A stretch of DNA of 248,000 bases from Hyalangium minutum (GTDB lineage Bacteria; Myxococcota; Myxococcia; Myxococcales; Myxococcaceae). The stretch is taken from positions 20,001 to 268,000 of the forward strand of contig NZ_JMCB01000006.1 in NCBI RefSeq assembly GCF_000737315.1. Reading direction: 5' to 3'. The number at the start of each line of letters is the position of its first letter. Within the stretch, counting starts at the first letter, position 1. Below the pieces are notes generated by a model. That model was not told the DNA's origin, searched no databases, and saw nothing but the letters and a program-made list of their open reading frames with translations. Position numbers and translations under genes: made by a program. Below are positions 58,739-70,637 of the stretch, in pieces.

Positions 58739-59536
58739 TTACGGGTAGAGAGCGCGAGCGCCAGTCTTGTCGGAGCTGGTGAGGACCAGGTCGCCCGAGT
58801 TCGTGCCGGCGCACTGGGGGTAGTGCATGACCGACTTGGAGTCGTAGCTGGTGAGCGCGCGCCAGTTCGCATCCTCGTAGCAGCCGGTGGAGGACAGGCG
58901 GGTGTGCTCGTGGCGGAAGCCGATGGTGTGGCCCAGCTCGTGGCGCAGGATGCCGGCCAGGGTGTAGGGCGAGATGCTGCCGAAGGCGCTGGTGCTGATC
59001 AGCACGTTGCGGGCCGAGCGGCCCGAGTTGGGGAAGAACGCGCGGGCCAGGTAGCTGGTGTCGCTCGTCTGGCGCACGTCGAACAGCACGCCCGTCTGGC
59101 TCGCGGTGCAGTTGCTGTCGTAGGTGCTGGAGTGCACGAAGTTGACGTTGGCCGTGGCCTCCCAGGCGGAAGCGGCGCTGGTCATCGCGTTCACCACGGT
59201 GCTGTAGCGGCTGCCGAAGCTGGAGCTGCTCACGCAGTAGGTGAGGTTGCGCGCCTGGGTGGAGCTCCACTTGATGTCGCCGCCGATGTAATACACGGCC
59301 AGCTCGCCCTCGCTGTGGTTCGCGGCGACGTTGTTGTCGTAGTACTCCTTGAGCGCCTGCTCGTTCTCCACCGCGATGTCCATGTCGACGATGTAGACGT
59401 CGCCGTCACCCTTGACGGCCGAGGCCTTGAACTCCTCCCACGACATGGGCGTCTTCTCCTGCGCCATGTCCTCGGAGCCACCACAGCCAAAGAGGGCCAG
59501 ACCCGCCAGCATCGCAACGGAACGGAACTTGAGCAT
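58739..59536 (-). CDS. M57 family metalloprotease lipoprotein
   Basis: Lipobox LFGC; HELGHTIGFRHEH; SVMHY Met-turn. Confidence 0.85.
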   Translation of the reverse strand: MLKFRSVAMLAGLALFGCGGSEDMAQEKTPMSWEEFKASAVKGDGDVYIVDMDIAVENEQALKEYYDNNVAANHSEGELAVYYIGGDIKWSSTQARNLTYCVSSSSFGSRYSTVVNAMTSAASAWEATANVNFVHSSTYDSNCTASQTGVLFDVRQTSDTSYLARAFFPNSGRSARNVLISTSAFGSISPYTLAGILRHELGHTIGFRHEHTRLSSTGCYEDANWRALTSYDSKSVMHYPQCAGTNSGDLVLTSSDKTGARALYP

Positions 59537-59833
59537 TCGTCTTCCTCGGGAAGCACTTCGGGGGATTGAGCCGGCCGCCTGGGACACCTGCAGCCGCGGC
59601 CGGCGCGCCTCTCCCTTGAGCAAGGCCCGGGCCAAACCCCAGGACAACGAAAAATCAGGGTTTACCCAGCAGAGAGGGGGAAACCCGGAGTGCTCAGACT
59701 CCAATATTCTGAGACAAATCTGTAAAAGAATGTGACAGTCCTGCGAACAAGTGCCCGGAGAGACACCGAAAGTGTGACTTGCGAGGCCCTGACTCAAAAC
59801 AGGACAGGAGCGTCCTGGATTGAGACACCCCGC

Positions 59834-62800
59834 TCAGCGGGCCCGGCCCACGAGCGCGAGGAGCTGGGCGCCATAGCGCTGCACCAGCTTGGGGCCCACG
59901 CCCGGGATGGACATGAGCGTCTCGTTGTCCGCGGGGCGCGTGGCGGCGAGAGCCCCCAGCACGCGATCCGTGAGGATGCGGAAGGCGGGGATGCGCCGCC
60001 GCTTGGCCTCGCCCAGGCGCCACGCCTTGAGCGCCTCGACCAGCGCGGGGGAAGGCATGGGCTCGAAGGCGCCCGGCCCGGAGCGCCCGCCCCGCCCACG
60101 CCGCACGCCTACGTCATCCTCGTCCCACTCGGTGGTGAGCTCGGAAGAAGGCTCGGAAGAGGGCTTCGGGGTGCGCTCCCACGCGGAGGCACGCCGTGGC
60201 TTCTCCGAGCGCTTCGTCGCCGCCTGGGTGCGGCGGACGCGGCGCTTCTTGGGAGCCTTGGCCTGAGGCGCGGGCGCTGCTGGGAGCATCACCACATCCG
60301 GCGCGAGCACACGGGTGCGCTGGCCATCGGGGGTGAGCGTCAGCCGCTGGAAGGTGATGCGCTGGCCGTCCTTCTCGAAGGCGTCCTCGCTCAGCCGGGC
60401 CAGCCCGGCGCGCACGAGCCCTCCCACGAGCCGCTCGAACTCCCGGCGCGGCAGGGACTCACCAAAGAGCTCGCGGTGCAGGCGGCCCGTGGCCTGTCCA
60501 TCCCGCTCGTGCAGCGCGTCCAGGATGCGCCCGAGCGACTGAAGCTCACCCTCACCGGGCTCGGCGAAGCGCAAGGTGACGCACGTCTCAGGGGCGCACA
60601 CGTCACACAGCCCACAGGCCCTGCCCGAGTCCTGCACATCACCGAAATGCTCCACCAGGTGCCGCATCCGGCAGCCCGAGGCCTCCGCGTACCGGCCCAT
60701 CTGCTCCAGGTGGAGCAGCTTGCGCTCACGCTGGGCCCCATAGGGGGTGGCCCAGCCAGGCCGTCCCCGGTGGACCTGCTCATCTGGCGTCATCACCAGG
60801 CCACCGTGGATCCACAGTTGCTCGACGGCCTTGTCGAAGACCTCGGGCTCCATGCGGACCCGGGCCTGGAGCGCCTCCTTGGGCTCCAGCTGCTCGCGAG
60901 CGGCGCGGTAGAGGCCTTCGAGGACGCGGGGCTCGGGGTAGTCGCGTTGGTGGAAGAACTCGTGGGTGCGACGATCCACATAGGAGTGGAGCAGCACGGC
61001 GCGGGACAGCTTGCCATCCCGCCCCGCGCGTCCCAGCTCCTGGTAGTAGCCCTCGAGGCTCGAGGGCAGCGCGGCATGGAGCACGGTGCGCACGTCCGCC
61101 TTGTCGATGCCCATGCCGAACGCGGTGGTGGCGACGATGACCTTCACGCGGCCCTCGAGGAACGCGGCCTGGACGCGGTCTCGCTCCGCGGGCTGCATGC
61201 CCGCGTGGTACACGGCGGTGGGAAAGTCCGAGCTCAGCACCTCCGCGAACTGCTCGGCGTGCTTGCGCGTGGAGGCGTAGACGATGGCCGGGCGCCGCTC
61301 CGGTTCGGAGAGCACGTCACGGATGGCCTCGCCGCGCTGGCTCGGGGTGAGCTCGCGCACCTCGAGGGCGATGTTGGTGCGGCGGAAGCCGTGGATGAAG
61401 GTGCGCGCCGCGCCACCTCGAACGCCCTTCAGCCCGAGCTGCTGGACGATGTCCTTCTGCACGTCCGGCGTCGCCGTGGCGGTGAGGGCCACCACGGGGG
61501 CGGGGCGCAGCAGGGGCAGCCGCGCGCCGAGCAACCGGTAGTCGGGGCGGAAGTCATGCCCCCACTGGGAGATGCAGTGAGCCTCGTCGATGGCGATGAG
61601 CGCGGGCGGGCGGCGGGCCAGCAGCTCCACGAAGCCGGGCACGCCGAGCCGCTCGGGCGCAATGAAGAGAAAGTCCAGGTGGCCCTCGAGGTAGTCCGCG
61701 CACACCTGCCGGGAGGTGGCCCTGTCCCGCCCCGAGTGGATGCGCTCCGCCGCGAACCCGAGCGACTGGAGCCGCGTCACCTGGTCCTCCATGAGCGCGA
61801 TGAGCGGGCTCACCACGAGCGTCGTCCCCGCGCGCGCCAGGCCCGGCAACTGGTAGCACAGCGACTTGCCCGCTCCGGTGGGCATCACCAGCAGCAGGTC
61901 CTCCCCCATCGTGGCGGCCCGGCAGACATCCTCTTGATAGGGCCGGAAGTCTTCGAAGCCGAACGCCTCCTTGAGAAGCTTGCGGAGCTCACCGGGCGGC
62001 GTAGGGGCCCGAGGCACACGGCGAGGCCGGCCCGTCGCCGCCGCGGGTGCCGCCTCTGAACGCGCCCGAGAGGGAGACGCGGCACTCCTCTCGGGAGCCT
62101 CTCGCGAAGGCACCTCACCGGGTGCCACGGAAGCGGGCCGGGGAACCGGGGGCGGCCTCGGCGGCGAGCCCATGGGCACCTTGCCCACCACCTCGATGAC
62201 ATAGGCCTCGATGCTGCGCAGGAAGTCGGCGAGGTCGCCGCGCCCGCGCTCGATGCGCTGGAGCCACGCCTCCCACTGCCCCGTCATCGCGGGCGACTTC
62301 ACATCCGGATGAACGACCTCGATGAGCCGGATGCCCTTCTCCGTCGCCTCCAGCGACTTGCCCCGGCGGTGCAGGTATTCGCGCTCCAGCAGCACCTCGA
62401 TGATGGCGGCGCGCGTGGCCGGAGTGCCCAGCCCGGTCTCCTTCATCGCATCCGCCAGCTCCTTCTCATCCAGCGCCTTGCCCGCCGTCTCCATCGCCGT
62501 GAGCAGCGAGGCGTCCGTGAGGCGCGGTGGCGGCCGCGTGCGCTTCTTCACCGCCTCCACGTCCTCCACCTTCTGCGGCTGCCCCTGCTTCAGCCCGGCA
62601 GGCAGATCCTGCGAGTCCTCCTCCTCCTTGCCCTCGCCCTCCTCCTTGTCCTTCGCGTCCTTGGCGGTGCGCTCCTTGGGAGGCTTCACCCCGCCCACGT
62701 CCAGCACCTTCCACCCCGCGCGCACCACCTGGGTGCCCGAGCTGTGGAACCGGTCCACCCGCGCCGCTCCACCGGCCGGCCCCTGCGAGCTCACCGCGGT

Positions 62801-64174
62801 GATGACGGTGGTGACGGACCAGAGGTGGTCCTCGTGCCAGGCCGACAGCAGCCGGCGGCACACCAGCTCGTAGATGCGCCGCTCGTCCTGAGACAGCTGC
62901 ACCCCGTCCGGCGAGGTGGGCGTGGGGACGATGGCGTGGTGGTCCGTCACCTTCGAGTCATCCACGAAGCGCCGTCCCAGGGGCCGCTCCCCCGTGCCGG
63001 CCGCCAGCAGCGGCTCGTAGGGCCTGCGGATGGCTCGCACCACGTCCGGCAGCGTGGCCGCCACCTCCGCCGACAGGTGCCGGCTCGAGGTGCGCGGGTA
63101 GCTCAGCAGCTTGTGCTTCTCGTACAGCGCCTGGGCCAGCTCCAGCGTCCGCTGCGCGCTGTATCCATAGAGCCGGTTCGCGTGCCGCTGCAGCTCCGTC
63201 AAGTCATACAGGAGCGGCGGCGCCATCTTCTTCGTCTCGGAGGTGAGCGATTCAATGGATGCGCGGCCCGTCTTCACCCGCGCCATCACCTCGCCCGCCT
63301 CCACGCCGTCCGCCGCCAGCCGCCGGGCCTCGCGCACGCCCTCGCCCAGCTTGGCGCCCGTCTTCGGATCCACGTCGCGGAACCACGTGCCCCGGTACCG
63401 AGTCTCGTGCGGCATCCCCGCCGCCTGCGGCGCGAAGGTGGCCACCACCTCCAGGTAGTCTTCGGGGACGAAGTGGCGGATGGCCAGCTCGCGCTCCACC
63501 ACCATGGCCAGCGTGGGCGTCTGCACCCGCCCCACCGACAGCATGTCCCCGCCCGCCAGCGTGTAGAGCCGCGACAGGTTCATCCCCACCAGCCAGTCCG
63601 CCCGGCTGCGTCCCTTGGCCGCGTCCGACAGCGCGTCGTACGCACTGCCGTCCTTCAACTGCCGGAAGCCCTCGCGGATGGCGCTCTCCGTCAGCGACGA
63701 CACCCACAGCCGCTTCACCGGCTTGCGGCACCCTGCCGCCTCATAGATGTAACGGAAGATGAGCTCGCCCTCGCGGCCCGCGTCCGTGGCGCACACCACC
63801 GCAGCCACCTCGGGCGCGTTCATCACCTCGCGCACCACGGAGAACTGGGAGCGCGTGCCGTCGGCCACCATCAGCGGCCACTCGCGCGGCAGCATGGGCA
63901 GCTGCTCGCGGCTCCAGCGCTTCCACTCGGGACGAATCTCGTGCGGCTGGGCCAGCCCCACCAGGTGGCCAATGGCCCACGTCACCACATAGCCATTGCC
64001 CCGGAACCAGCCCTCCCCGCGCTGCGAGGCACCCAGCGCCCGGGCAATGTCCCGCGCCACGGCCGGCTTCTCCGCCACCACGGCCAGCACGGACGCACCC
64101 CTCCTCGGAGTGGCCTCCCGGCCCCCCTCACGCCCCACCTCCTGGGTCCTCTCGCTGTCGAGCCCTGCGCCCAT
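59834..64174 (-). CDS. topB: DNA topoisomerase III-RecQ helicase-HRDC fusion
   Basis: TOPRIM AEKP and DAGREGE, catalytic SYPRT; then [27 protein letters not shown] Zn cysteines, HRDC. Confidence 0.9.
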   Translation of the reverse strand: MGAGLDSERTQEVGREGGREATPRRGASVLAVVAEKPAVARDIARALGASQRGEGWFRGNGYVVTWAIGHLVGLAQPHEIRPEWKRWSREQLPMLPREWPLMVADGTRSQFSVVREVMNAPEVAAVVCATDAGREGELIFRYIYEAAGCRKPVKRLWVSSLTESAIREGFRQLKDGSAYDALSDAAKGRSRADWLVGMNLSRLYTLAGGDMLSVGRVQTPTLAMVVERELAIRHFVPEDYLEVVATFAPQAAGMPHETRYRGTWFRDVDPKTGAKLGEGVREARRLAADGVEAGEVMARVKTGRASIESLTSETKKMAPPLLYDLTELQRHANRLYGYSAQRTLELAQALYEKHKLLSYPRTSSRHLSAEVAATLPDVVRAIRRPYEPLLAAGTGERPLGRRFVDDSKVTDHHAIVPTPTSPDGVQLSQDERRIYELVCRRLLSAWHEDHLWSVTTVITAVSSQGPAGGAARVDRFHSSGTQVVRAGWKVLDVGGVKPPKERTAKDAKDKEEGEGKEEEDSQDLPAGLKQGQPQKVEDVEAVKKRTRPPPRLTDASLLTAMETAGKALDEKELADAMKETGLGTPATRAAIIEVLLEREYLHRRGKSLEATEKGIRLIEVVHPDVKSPAMTGQWEAWLQRIERGRGDLADFLRSIEAYVIEVVGKVPMGSPPRPPPVPRPASVAPGEVPSREAPERSAASPSRARSEAAPAAATGRPRRVPRAPTPPGELRKLLKEAFGFEDFRPYQEDVCRAATMGEDLLLVMPTGAGKSLCYQLPGLARAGTTLVVSPLIALMEDQVTRLQSLGFAAERIHSGRDRATSRQVCADYLEGHLDFLFIAPERLGVPGFVELLARRPPALIAIDEAHCISQWGHDFRPDYRLLGARLPLLRPAPVVALTATATPDVQKDIVQQLGLKGVRGGAARTFIHGFRRTNIALEVRELTPSQRGEAIRDVLSEPERRPAIVYASTRKHAEQFAEVLSSDFPTAVYHAGMQPAERDRVQAAFLEGRVKVIVATTAFGMGIDKADVRTVLHAALPSSLEGYYQELGRAGRDGKLSRAVLLHSYVDRRTHEFFHQRDYPEPRVLEGLYRAAREQLEPKEALQARVRMEPEVFDKAVEQLWIHGGLVMTPDEQVHRGRPGWATPYGAQRERKLLHLEQMGRYAEASGCRMRHLVEHFGDVQDSGRACGLCDVCAPETCVTLRFAEPGEGELQSLGRILDALHERDGQATGRLHRELFGESLPRREFERLVGGLVRAGLARLSEDAFEKDGQRITFQRLTLTPDGQRTRVLAPDVVMLPAAPAPQAKAPKKRRVRRTQAATKRSEKPRRASAWERTPKPSSEPSSELTTEWDEDDVGVRRGRGGRSGPGAFEPMPSPALVEALKAWRLGEAKRRRIPAFRILTDRVLGALAATRPADNETLMSIPGVGPKLVQRYGAQLLALVGRAR

Positions 64175-64569
64175 CGCATCCCACCTCATACCAGCCCCTC
64201 CTACGTCAACCCTCCCCGCCCCGATGCGCTCGGGCTCCCTCGGCACATTCTTCCTTATTATGCGGGGCCGACATCGGGCCCTCCTCTCTCACCCCACCTG
64301 GGGAGGCAGCTTGCCCTGCCTCCGGGGAGACTACCCCTCACCTCCCGTGAAGTTCTCCTCCTCCGTGCTTGCGCCTCACCTCCTGGGAGGGGTGGCCTTG
64401 CCAGCCCGTGGCGTCCTCACGCAAGTGTTTGGCGTTGGCCCGGAAACCTCGCACGGGTGTTTTGTCCATCATGCACTTCGGCTGCTGCCAGGGGCTATCG
64501 AGTCCGGACAGCGGGGGGGAGCTCCGCAGAGAGGCAGTGCCCCAAGGCCCGTTCACCGGAGAGTCCAGC

Positions 64570-64953
64570 ATGCAGTCGCATTGGCAGCACCGTTCAAGTC
64601 GGAGGGACGTTGTTCCCGGGGGAGAGACCCGAACGGTCCTGCGGTGGGAGTTTGGTGCGAGCGCGCAGAAGCCCCTGCGCCTGAACCGCCCCTCCTCGGC
64701 GACCCGCTCCCTGGGCTCGGGCCTGGGCCCCTCGCCGTCCCACCTCGTCGCGCTGGCGCGGGCGAAGCGCCGGCAGCGGGAGGTGCTGGAGACGGCGGGA
64801 CTGACGGCCTCTCTGAACGAAACGGTGGAGGGGGAGACTCGCCTCGCCTCGCTGTGGCCGGCCCGGGAGCCCTTCTCAGGCTCCGTGCTGCGCCCCGGGG
64901 CCCGCCGGGTCTTCACCCTCCACCCGCCTTGTCCGCCAAGGCTGCGGAGCTGA
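64570..64953 (+). CDS. Possible small hypothetical protein
   Basis: Best ORF in an otherwise empty 0.9-kb gap; no recognisable motif. Confidence 0.25.
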   Translation: MQSHWQHRSSRRDVVPGGETRTVLRWEFGASAQKPLRLNRPSSATRSLGSGLGPSPSHLVALARAKRRQREVLETAGLTASLNETVEGETRLASLWPAREPFSGSVLRPGARRVFTLHPPCPPRLRS

Positions 64954-65166
64954 ACGCCACCGTCCGGGTGGCCCTTTGTGAAGTGGGAGGATGAGGGGGT
65001 GCCAAGGACCCCGTCATCCCTGGGCGTGGAGGGAAGGTCCCTGCTGCCGGGCAGGGCCCTTCAAGTGGGAGATTCTGAAGCGGGGCTGCTCACCGGGAGG
65101 GGGGAGCGGCCCTGAGTCTGGATCGGCGAGGGGGGTGCCTCGACAGAGGCATCCCCCTTGGCTTTT

Positions 65167-66285
65167 TCAGGGGGTCCGCTGGTGCCACGCGGCGAGCACC
65201 TCGCGCTCGCGCTCCGGCGGGAGGCCCGCCCGCATCGGCTTCTGCTGGCGCTCGGGCGGCTCGGAGCGGAACCAGGCCAGCGTGTCGCGCGCGGTGTCCA
65301 CGGGGGACCGGAACGTCGCCCCGAGCTTCAGCGCCCGGGCGTTGCTGACGCGGCCCACGCCCTTGTCCTCGCCCGAGCGCGGAATCCACACGGGCATCTG
65401 CGTCCAGGGGCTCACCTTCTGTTGCTCCACCAGCCACTCGGCGTCCACCCAGGTGAAGCGCGCGTCTCCGCCCGTGCCCGTCTTGCAGGCCTCCAGCAGC
65501 TCGCGCATGGTGAGCGTCTCCGCGGGGCCGGTGGCGTTGAAGGTGCCCACGTCCCGGCGCTCCACCACACCGAGGATGAAGGCGGCCAAGTCGCGCACAT
65601 CGATGAACTGCACCGGATCCGCGCCGTCTCCCGGAGCGAGCACCTCGCCGCCCCGGGCCACGCGCACGGGCCAATAGGTGAAGCGGTCCGTCTGGTCGCC
65701 GGGGCCGACGATGAGGCCTGGTCGGACGGTGGTGACGCGGCCGGGCATGGCGGCCTCGGCGGCCTTCTCGCTCAGGGCCTTGAGGGCGCCGTAGTGCTGG
65801 GAGACATCCTCCGTCTTCTCGTCCTCCACGGTGGCCACTGGCGAGTCCTCGTCGATGCCGTACTCGCTCATGTCCTTGTAGACGGAGATGGTGGACACGA
65901 AGATGTAGTGTCCCACGTTGGGGGCGAGCAGCTCGGCGCTGGCCTTCACGATGCGCGGCACATAGCCGGACGTATCAATGACGGCGTCCCACTGGCGGCC
66001 CTCGAGCGCCTTCAGGTCACCGTCGCGGTCACCGTGGAGCTTCTCCACGTCCGGGAAGAGCTCGGGGCGCGTCTTGCCCCGGTTGAACAGCGTCAGCGTG
66101 TGGCCACGAGGCCGGGCCAGCTCCACCAGCGCGGGCCCGAGAAACCCGGTGCCCCCGAGGATGAGAATCTTCTTCTTGGCCACCCCCCGGGGCACACCGC
66201 CCTCCTTCGAGGAAGCACACCCCATGGCCCCGAGCACCCCGAGCGCGGCCGCACCTTGCATCAACCCTCTGCGAGACACCGTCAT
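65167..66285 (-). CDS. Tat-exported NAD-dependent epimerase/dehydratase
   Basis: SRRGL Tat motif, GGTGFLG, YGALK. Confidence 0.85.
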   Translation of the reverse strand: MTVSRRGLMQGAAALGVLGAMGCASSKEGGVPRGVAKKKILILGGTGFLGPALVELARPRGHTLTLFNRGKTRPELFPDVEKLHGDRDGDLKALEGRQWDAVIDTSGYVPRIVKASAELLAPNVGHYIFVSTISVYKDMSEYGIDEDSPVATVEDEKTEDVSQHYGALKALSEKAAEAAMPGRVTTVRPGLIVGPGDQTDRFTYWPVRVARGGEVLAPGDGADPVQFIDVRDLAAFILGVVERRDVGTFNATGPAETLTMRELLEACKTGTGGDARFTWVDAEWLVEQQKVSPWTQMPVWIPRSGEDKGVGRVSNARALKLGATFRSPVDTARDTLAWFRSEPPERQQKPMRAGLPPEREREVLAAWHQRTP

Positions 66286-66317
66286 CGCTGCGTTCCCTCC
66301 CTGTGAAGATGAAGCCC

Positions 66318-67634
66318 TCAGCGAGCCGGGGCGTCGCCCGGAGCGGAGGCCAGCGCGGGCACCTCCTGGGCGCGCGTGCGAATCCGGGCGTGGCGGGACA
66401 GGTAGAGGGAGACGGCCAGCCACAGGCCGGCCACGGGCGCGGTGGCCAGCAGCACGCCGGCCACGCCGAACCCCAGCACCTTGAGCCCATCCTCCGTCCA
66501 GGCCGCCAGCGCATCTCCCCCCCGGTACACCATGGTGTCGATGAAGCTCTTGGCCTTGTACCGCTCCTCGCGGCTCACCGTGGTGTAGAGCAGCTCTCGC
66601 GAGGGCCGCTCCAGCGCGTAGTGCGTGGCCCCGCGCAGCGAGCGCACGCCGATGAGCAGCCACACCGAGGGCATCGCCGCCAGCCCCAGGAATCCCACCG
66701 CGGTGAGCACTGGGGTGACGGCCAACGCCACCCCCAGCCCCAACCGCTCCAGCAAGCGCGCGGTGACGAGCGACTGCAGCACCAGCGTGAGGACCTGGAC
66801 CCACAGCTCGATGTTGGCGAACTTCGCGACGCGCTCGGCCTCATCCAGCGTCTTCGCGTCCACCAGGTTCACCTGGAGCAGGTACAAGAAGGTGCTGGTG
66901 ACGCTGTAGAAGACCACCTGCAGGCCCAGCGCGAGCAGAAAAGGCGAGGTGGCCAGCAGCTTCAGCCCCGCGAGGATGCCACCGCCCACTGGGCCCTCCA
67001 CCGAGGGAGGCGGGTGCTGCACGTCATGCGCCCAGCGCGCCAGCTGCTGCACACAGCGCGCGCTGCACTCCAGCAGCACGGCGGTGATGAAGATGAGGTG
67101 GATGTGCCCCAGCGGAACGGAGAGGTTGCGCGCCAGCAACAGTCCGGCAATCACGCCCGCCGTGCCTCCGCCCGCGATGAGGCCATAGAGGCGCTTGCCC
67201 TGCTCGCTGGCGAACAGGTCCGCCATGAAGCTCCAGAACACGGAGACGACGAACAGGTTGTAGACGCTGAGCCAGACGTAGAACACCCGGGCCACGGCCT
67301 GGGGCTCCACCTCCAGCTTGAACAGCACGAAGAAGCCCAGGAGGTTGAGCAGGAAGAAGCGGTAGATGAAGGGAATGACGCGCTTGCGAGGCCAGCGCGC
67401 CACCAGCGCCGAGTACGCCGGCACCGCCACCATCATCACCGCGAAGGTGGCGGTAAACATCCACTGCCACTTCAGGCCCTTCACCCCGCCGGCGGTCCCC
67501 ATCGCGTCGCGCAGCGGCTTGAGGACGAAGTAGCCGCACATCAACGTGAAGAAGTAGAGGAAGGACCAGAGCAGGGCCCCCACCTCTTCCTCTCGCACGT
67601 CCACGAATCGCTTGAGCCAGGGTGAAGGTCGCAC
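66318..67634 (-). CDS. NTP/NDP exchange (Npt/TLC-like) MFS transporter
   Basis: YFVLKPLRDAMG, FWSFMADLF, YKAKSFIDT. Confidence 0.8.
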   Translation of the reverse strand: MRPSPWLKRFVDVREEEVGALLWSFLYFFTLMCGYFVLKPLRDAMGTAGGVKGLKWQWMFTATFAVMMVAVPAYSALVARWPRKRVIPFIYRFFLLNLLGFFVLFKLEVEPQAVARVFYVWLSVYNLFVVSVFWSFMADLFASEQGKRLYGLIAGGGTAGVIAGLLLARNLSVPLGHIHLIFITAVLLECSARCVQQLARWAHDVQHPPPSVEGPVGGGILAGLKLLATSPFLLALGLQVVFYSVTSTFLYLLQVNLVDAKTLDEAERVAKFANIELWVQVLTLVLQSLVTARLLERLGLGVALAVTPVLTAVGFLGLAAMPSVWLLIGVRSLRGATHYALERPSRELLYTTVSREERYKAKSFIDTMVYRGGDALAAWTEDGLKVLGFGVAGVLLATAPVAGLWLAVSLYLSRHARIRTRAQEVPALASAPGDAPAR

Positions 67635-67690
67635 GCGCGCCTCCCCAACGTCCCCCCAGAACCGCTATTCCCGAGTTCGAGGTGAGTCGC

Positions 67691-68986
67691 TCAGGCCCCA
67701 CCCTGCACGGACCGGAGCACCGCCTCCACCCGGGGCAGCGCCTCCTGGATTTCCTCCAGGGAGACGGCGCCCACCGAGAGCCGGAACCAGCCCGTGTCAT
67801 CCTTCAGCCCGAAGGCCTGGAAGGGCACCACCGCGAAGCTGGCCTTCTCCAAGAGCCGCTTGCGAATCTCATCGTTGGTCTTCAGCCCCGCCTTCCCCAC
67901 CAGGTCAAACTGCACCGAGAGGTAGATGGCGCCCTGCGGAGAAATCGCGCGCACCGGCAGCCCCGCCGCGCGCATCTTCTCGAAGCCCTGGTAGAGCGCC
68001 TCCAGCCGCTCCTCCACCCGGTGCTTCATCGTCTTCATGAAGCGGGCGGTGCCCTCCACGTCCTCCAGCGCGCGCGCCACGGCGATCTGCTCGGCCTTGG
68101 GCGCCCACGCGCCCACGTGGCCGATGACGTCCCGCATGCGAGAGATGATGGCCGGCGGGCCCACGCCCCAGCCCACGCGCACCCCCGTGGCCGCGAAGGA
68201 CTTGGAGATGCCATCCACGAACACCGTGTAGTGCGCCATCTCCGGCACCAGCTCCACCGGCGTCACGTGCTTGGACTGGCCCGCGCTCAGCGTCCAATAA
68301 ATCTGGTCGTACATCAGGATGAGCGGCGCCTGCCCGCGCGCCTTGCGGCCCTGGTTCTCCGCGACGATGCGCTCGCAGATGGCCTTGAGCGCCTCGGGGC
68401 TGATCATCGTCCCGGTAGGGTTGAGCGGGCTGCAGAGGCATAGCAGCCGGGCGCTCGGAAACAGCGGGGCAAGTTGCTCCACCGTGGGCATGAAGCCCTG
68501 GTCCGCCAACGTCACCACTTCCGTGCTCTTGGCCCCCATCATGTGGGCGTAGTGGTTGTTGTTCCACGAAGGCACCGGGTAGATGACGGTGTCACCCTCG
68601 TTCAGCACCGTGCGGTAGGTGCCATAGATGATGGGCCGCGCGCCGCCGGCGATGACGATGCCCTCCAGCGGGTACTTCAGGCCCAGGGAGCGCTCGTAGA
68701 AGCGCTGCACGCTCTGGCGCAAGTCCAGCACGCCGTCCGAGGGCGGATAGTTCGTCTCGCCCGCCTGCAGCGCCCGGGCGATGCCCTCGCCGAGCGCGGT
68801 GGGGATGGGGAACTCGCGAGGGCTGAAGTCGCCCACGGTGAGGTTGCACACCTTGCGGCCCTGCGCGGTCAGCTCGCGGATCTCCGCGGCAATGCGGAGG
68901 ATCTCGCTGCCGACGAGGCCACGCGCCATCGTGCCAACGAAGGTGTCGTCCCGCTTGGGAAGAAGGGTCGTGAGATCAATTGCCAT
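67691..68986 (-). CDS. PLP-dependent class I/II aminotransferase
   Basis: LNPTG, YDQIY, GISKSFAATGVRVGW. Confidence 0.88.
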   Translation of the reverse strand: MAIDLTTLLPKRDDTFVGTMARGLVGSEILRIAAEIRELTAQGRKVCNLTVGDFSPREFPIPTALGEGIARALQAGETNYPPSDGVLDLRQSVQRFYERSLGLKYPLEGIVIAGGARPIIYGTYRTVLNEGDTVIYPVPSWNNNHYAHMMGAKSTEVVTLADQGFMPTVEQLAPLFPSARLLCLCSPLNPTGTMISPEALKAICERIVAENQGRKARGQAPLILMYDQIYWTLSAGQSKHVTPVELVPEMAHYTVFVDGISKSFAATGVRVGWGVGPPAIISRMRDVIGHVGAWAPKAEQIAVARALEDVEGTARFMKTMKHRVEERLEALYQGFEKMRAAGLPVRAISPQGAIYLSVQFDLVGKAGLKTNDEIRKRLLEKASFAVVPFQAFGLKDDTGWFRLSVGAVSLEEIQEALPRVEAVLRSVQGGA

Positions 68987-69097
68987 GAGGTCGCTCCAGT
69001 GGGCGCCCGGGAAGGGCGCACAGCCACGGGCCGGCGGACCATACACGCCACGCGGCGTCCATGGATCGCCCATCCCCTCACGGCGGCGCTGATCTAT

Positions 69098-69661
69098 TTA
69101 TATGGAGTAGAACCCGGTGCCATCCGCACGGGCGGTGACGCGCTGCGGCTCGACAGGGAGGGGCACCGGCGTCGGGAAGGAGCGGGGCGCTGTCATGCCC
69201 AGGGCGTTCCACGTCTTGGGGCCTACCACGCCGTCGGCCTCCAGGCCCTTGGCGCGCTGGAAGGCCATCACCGTGCGCTCCGTCTTGGGGCCGAACTGGC
69301 CGTCCTTGCTGCCCGGGTCGAAGCCGTGCGTGGCCAGCATCTTCTGGAGCACCAGCACGGAGGGATCACACACCCCGCGCTTGAGGATGGGCCGCAGCCC
69401 CGTGCCCCGGCGCGTGTCCAGCGCCGCCCACGTTCGCGAGTTCGCGATGCCGTCCACCTCGAGGCCCCGCGCACGCTGGAAGGCCATCACCGCGCACTTG
69501 GTGCTGGAACCGAAGGCGCCATCCACTTCGCCCGTGAAGACGCCCGCCGCCTGGAGCTGCCGCTGGAGGTACTCGACCTCAGGGCCGCACATCCCCTGCC
69601 GGAGCACGGGGAAGGACTCTTCTGCGTTGGACGACCAGGGGGGCAGCATGGAGGGCATCAA
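69098..69661 (-). CDS. Peptidoglycan-binding domain protein (two PG_binding_1 repeats)
   Basis: Two VMAFQRA.GL..DG..G..TW repeats. Confidence 0.85.
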   Translation of the reverse strand: MMPSMLPPWSSNAEESFPVLRQGMCGPEVEYLQRQLQAAGVFTGEVDGAFGSSTKCAVMAFQRARGLEVDGIANSRTWAALDTRRGTGLRPILKRGVCDPSVLVLQKMLATHGFDPGSKDGQFGPKTERTVMAFQRAKGLEADGVVGPKTWNALGMTAPRSFPTPVPLPVEPQRVTARADGTGFYSI

Positions 69662-69911
69662 AAAACTCCAGGCACTGGATTCAACAGCAGGGGGGCGCCT
69701 TATCGAGGATCCACGCGCGAGATGCCAGCCCCCCTAGGGGCGAAAGTGCGCACTTTGTACCCCAAAGCACACCTTTTGTCAGGAACTATCTCGACGTGTC
69801 GCATCGGGCCGCCAGGAATTCCCGAAAGGTCCTTCTGCGCTGGAACGAAGCGCGGCTCTCATGCGAGAGGAGAGCGCCCGCGGCGCGGCCCGGGCTCCCA
69901 GGAGGGGACCG

Positions 69912-70628
69912 ATGATGCAGACCCTGCGGTTGAATCGGTGGATGAAGTCCCTGTGGCTCGTGGGCTGTCTGAGCGTGGTGGGGTGCACGAAGAAGGACGA
70001 GCCCGCGGCGACTCCGCCCGAACCCGTGGTGCAGGCCCCGTCCGCGCCCACCGAGGCCCCGCCTCCTCCGCCCTCGCAGCCGGCTCCCTCCGTGCCCGCG
70101 GATGCTGCTGCTCCTCCGGCTCAGGACTCGGCACAGCCTCCGGCCCCGGCCCCGGCCCCAGCGCAGGGCGCGGGCGTGCCCGAGGATCCGAAGAACCGCG
70201 AGTGGACCGCGGGGGCGGTGAAGTTGAAGCGGCCGGAGGTGCAGATGGTGACGCTGCGCTCGGTGCGCGCGGCACGCAACGAGGGCTTCGACCGCGTGGT
70301 GTTCGAGTTCGATGGGGCGCAGGTGCCCGGCTACCAGCTGGAGTACGTGAACAAGCCCATCGTGAAGTGCGGCTCGGGGAACGAGACGGAGGTCGCGGGC
70401 CAGGGCTGGCTCCAGGTGACGCTCACGCCCGCGCAGGCCCACGAGGGCGGCACGGCCACCATCAACGAGCGCGAGCGCAAGTCCGCCCTGCCCGTCATCC
70501 AGGAGCTGGAGATGACGTGTGACTTCGAGGGCGAGGTGACGTGGGTGCTCGGCAACGCGCACCCCAACAAGTACCGCGTCATGGAGCTGCGCGACCCCAC
70601 CCGCCTCGTGGTGGACGTGCAGCACTGA
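69912..70628 (+). CDS. AMIN-like domain lipoprotein
   Basis: Lipobox VVGC; FDRVVFEF; PTRLVVDV. Confidence 0.75.
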   Translation: MMQTLRLNRWMKSLWLVGCLSVVGCTKKDEPAATPPEPVVQAPSAPTEAPPPPPSQPAPSVPADAAAPPAQDSAQPPAPAPAPAQGAGVPEDPKNREWTAGAVKLKRPEVQMVTLRSVRAARNEGFDRVVFEFDGAQVPGYQLEYVNKPIVKCGSGNETEVAGQGWLQVTLTPAQAHEGGTATINERERKSALPVIQELEMTCDFEGEVTWVLGNAHPNKYRVMELRDPTRLVVDVQH

Positions 70629-70637
70629 GGGCCCGGC

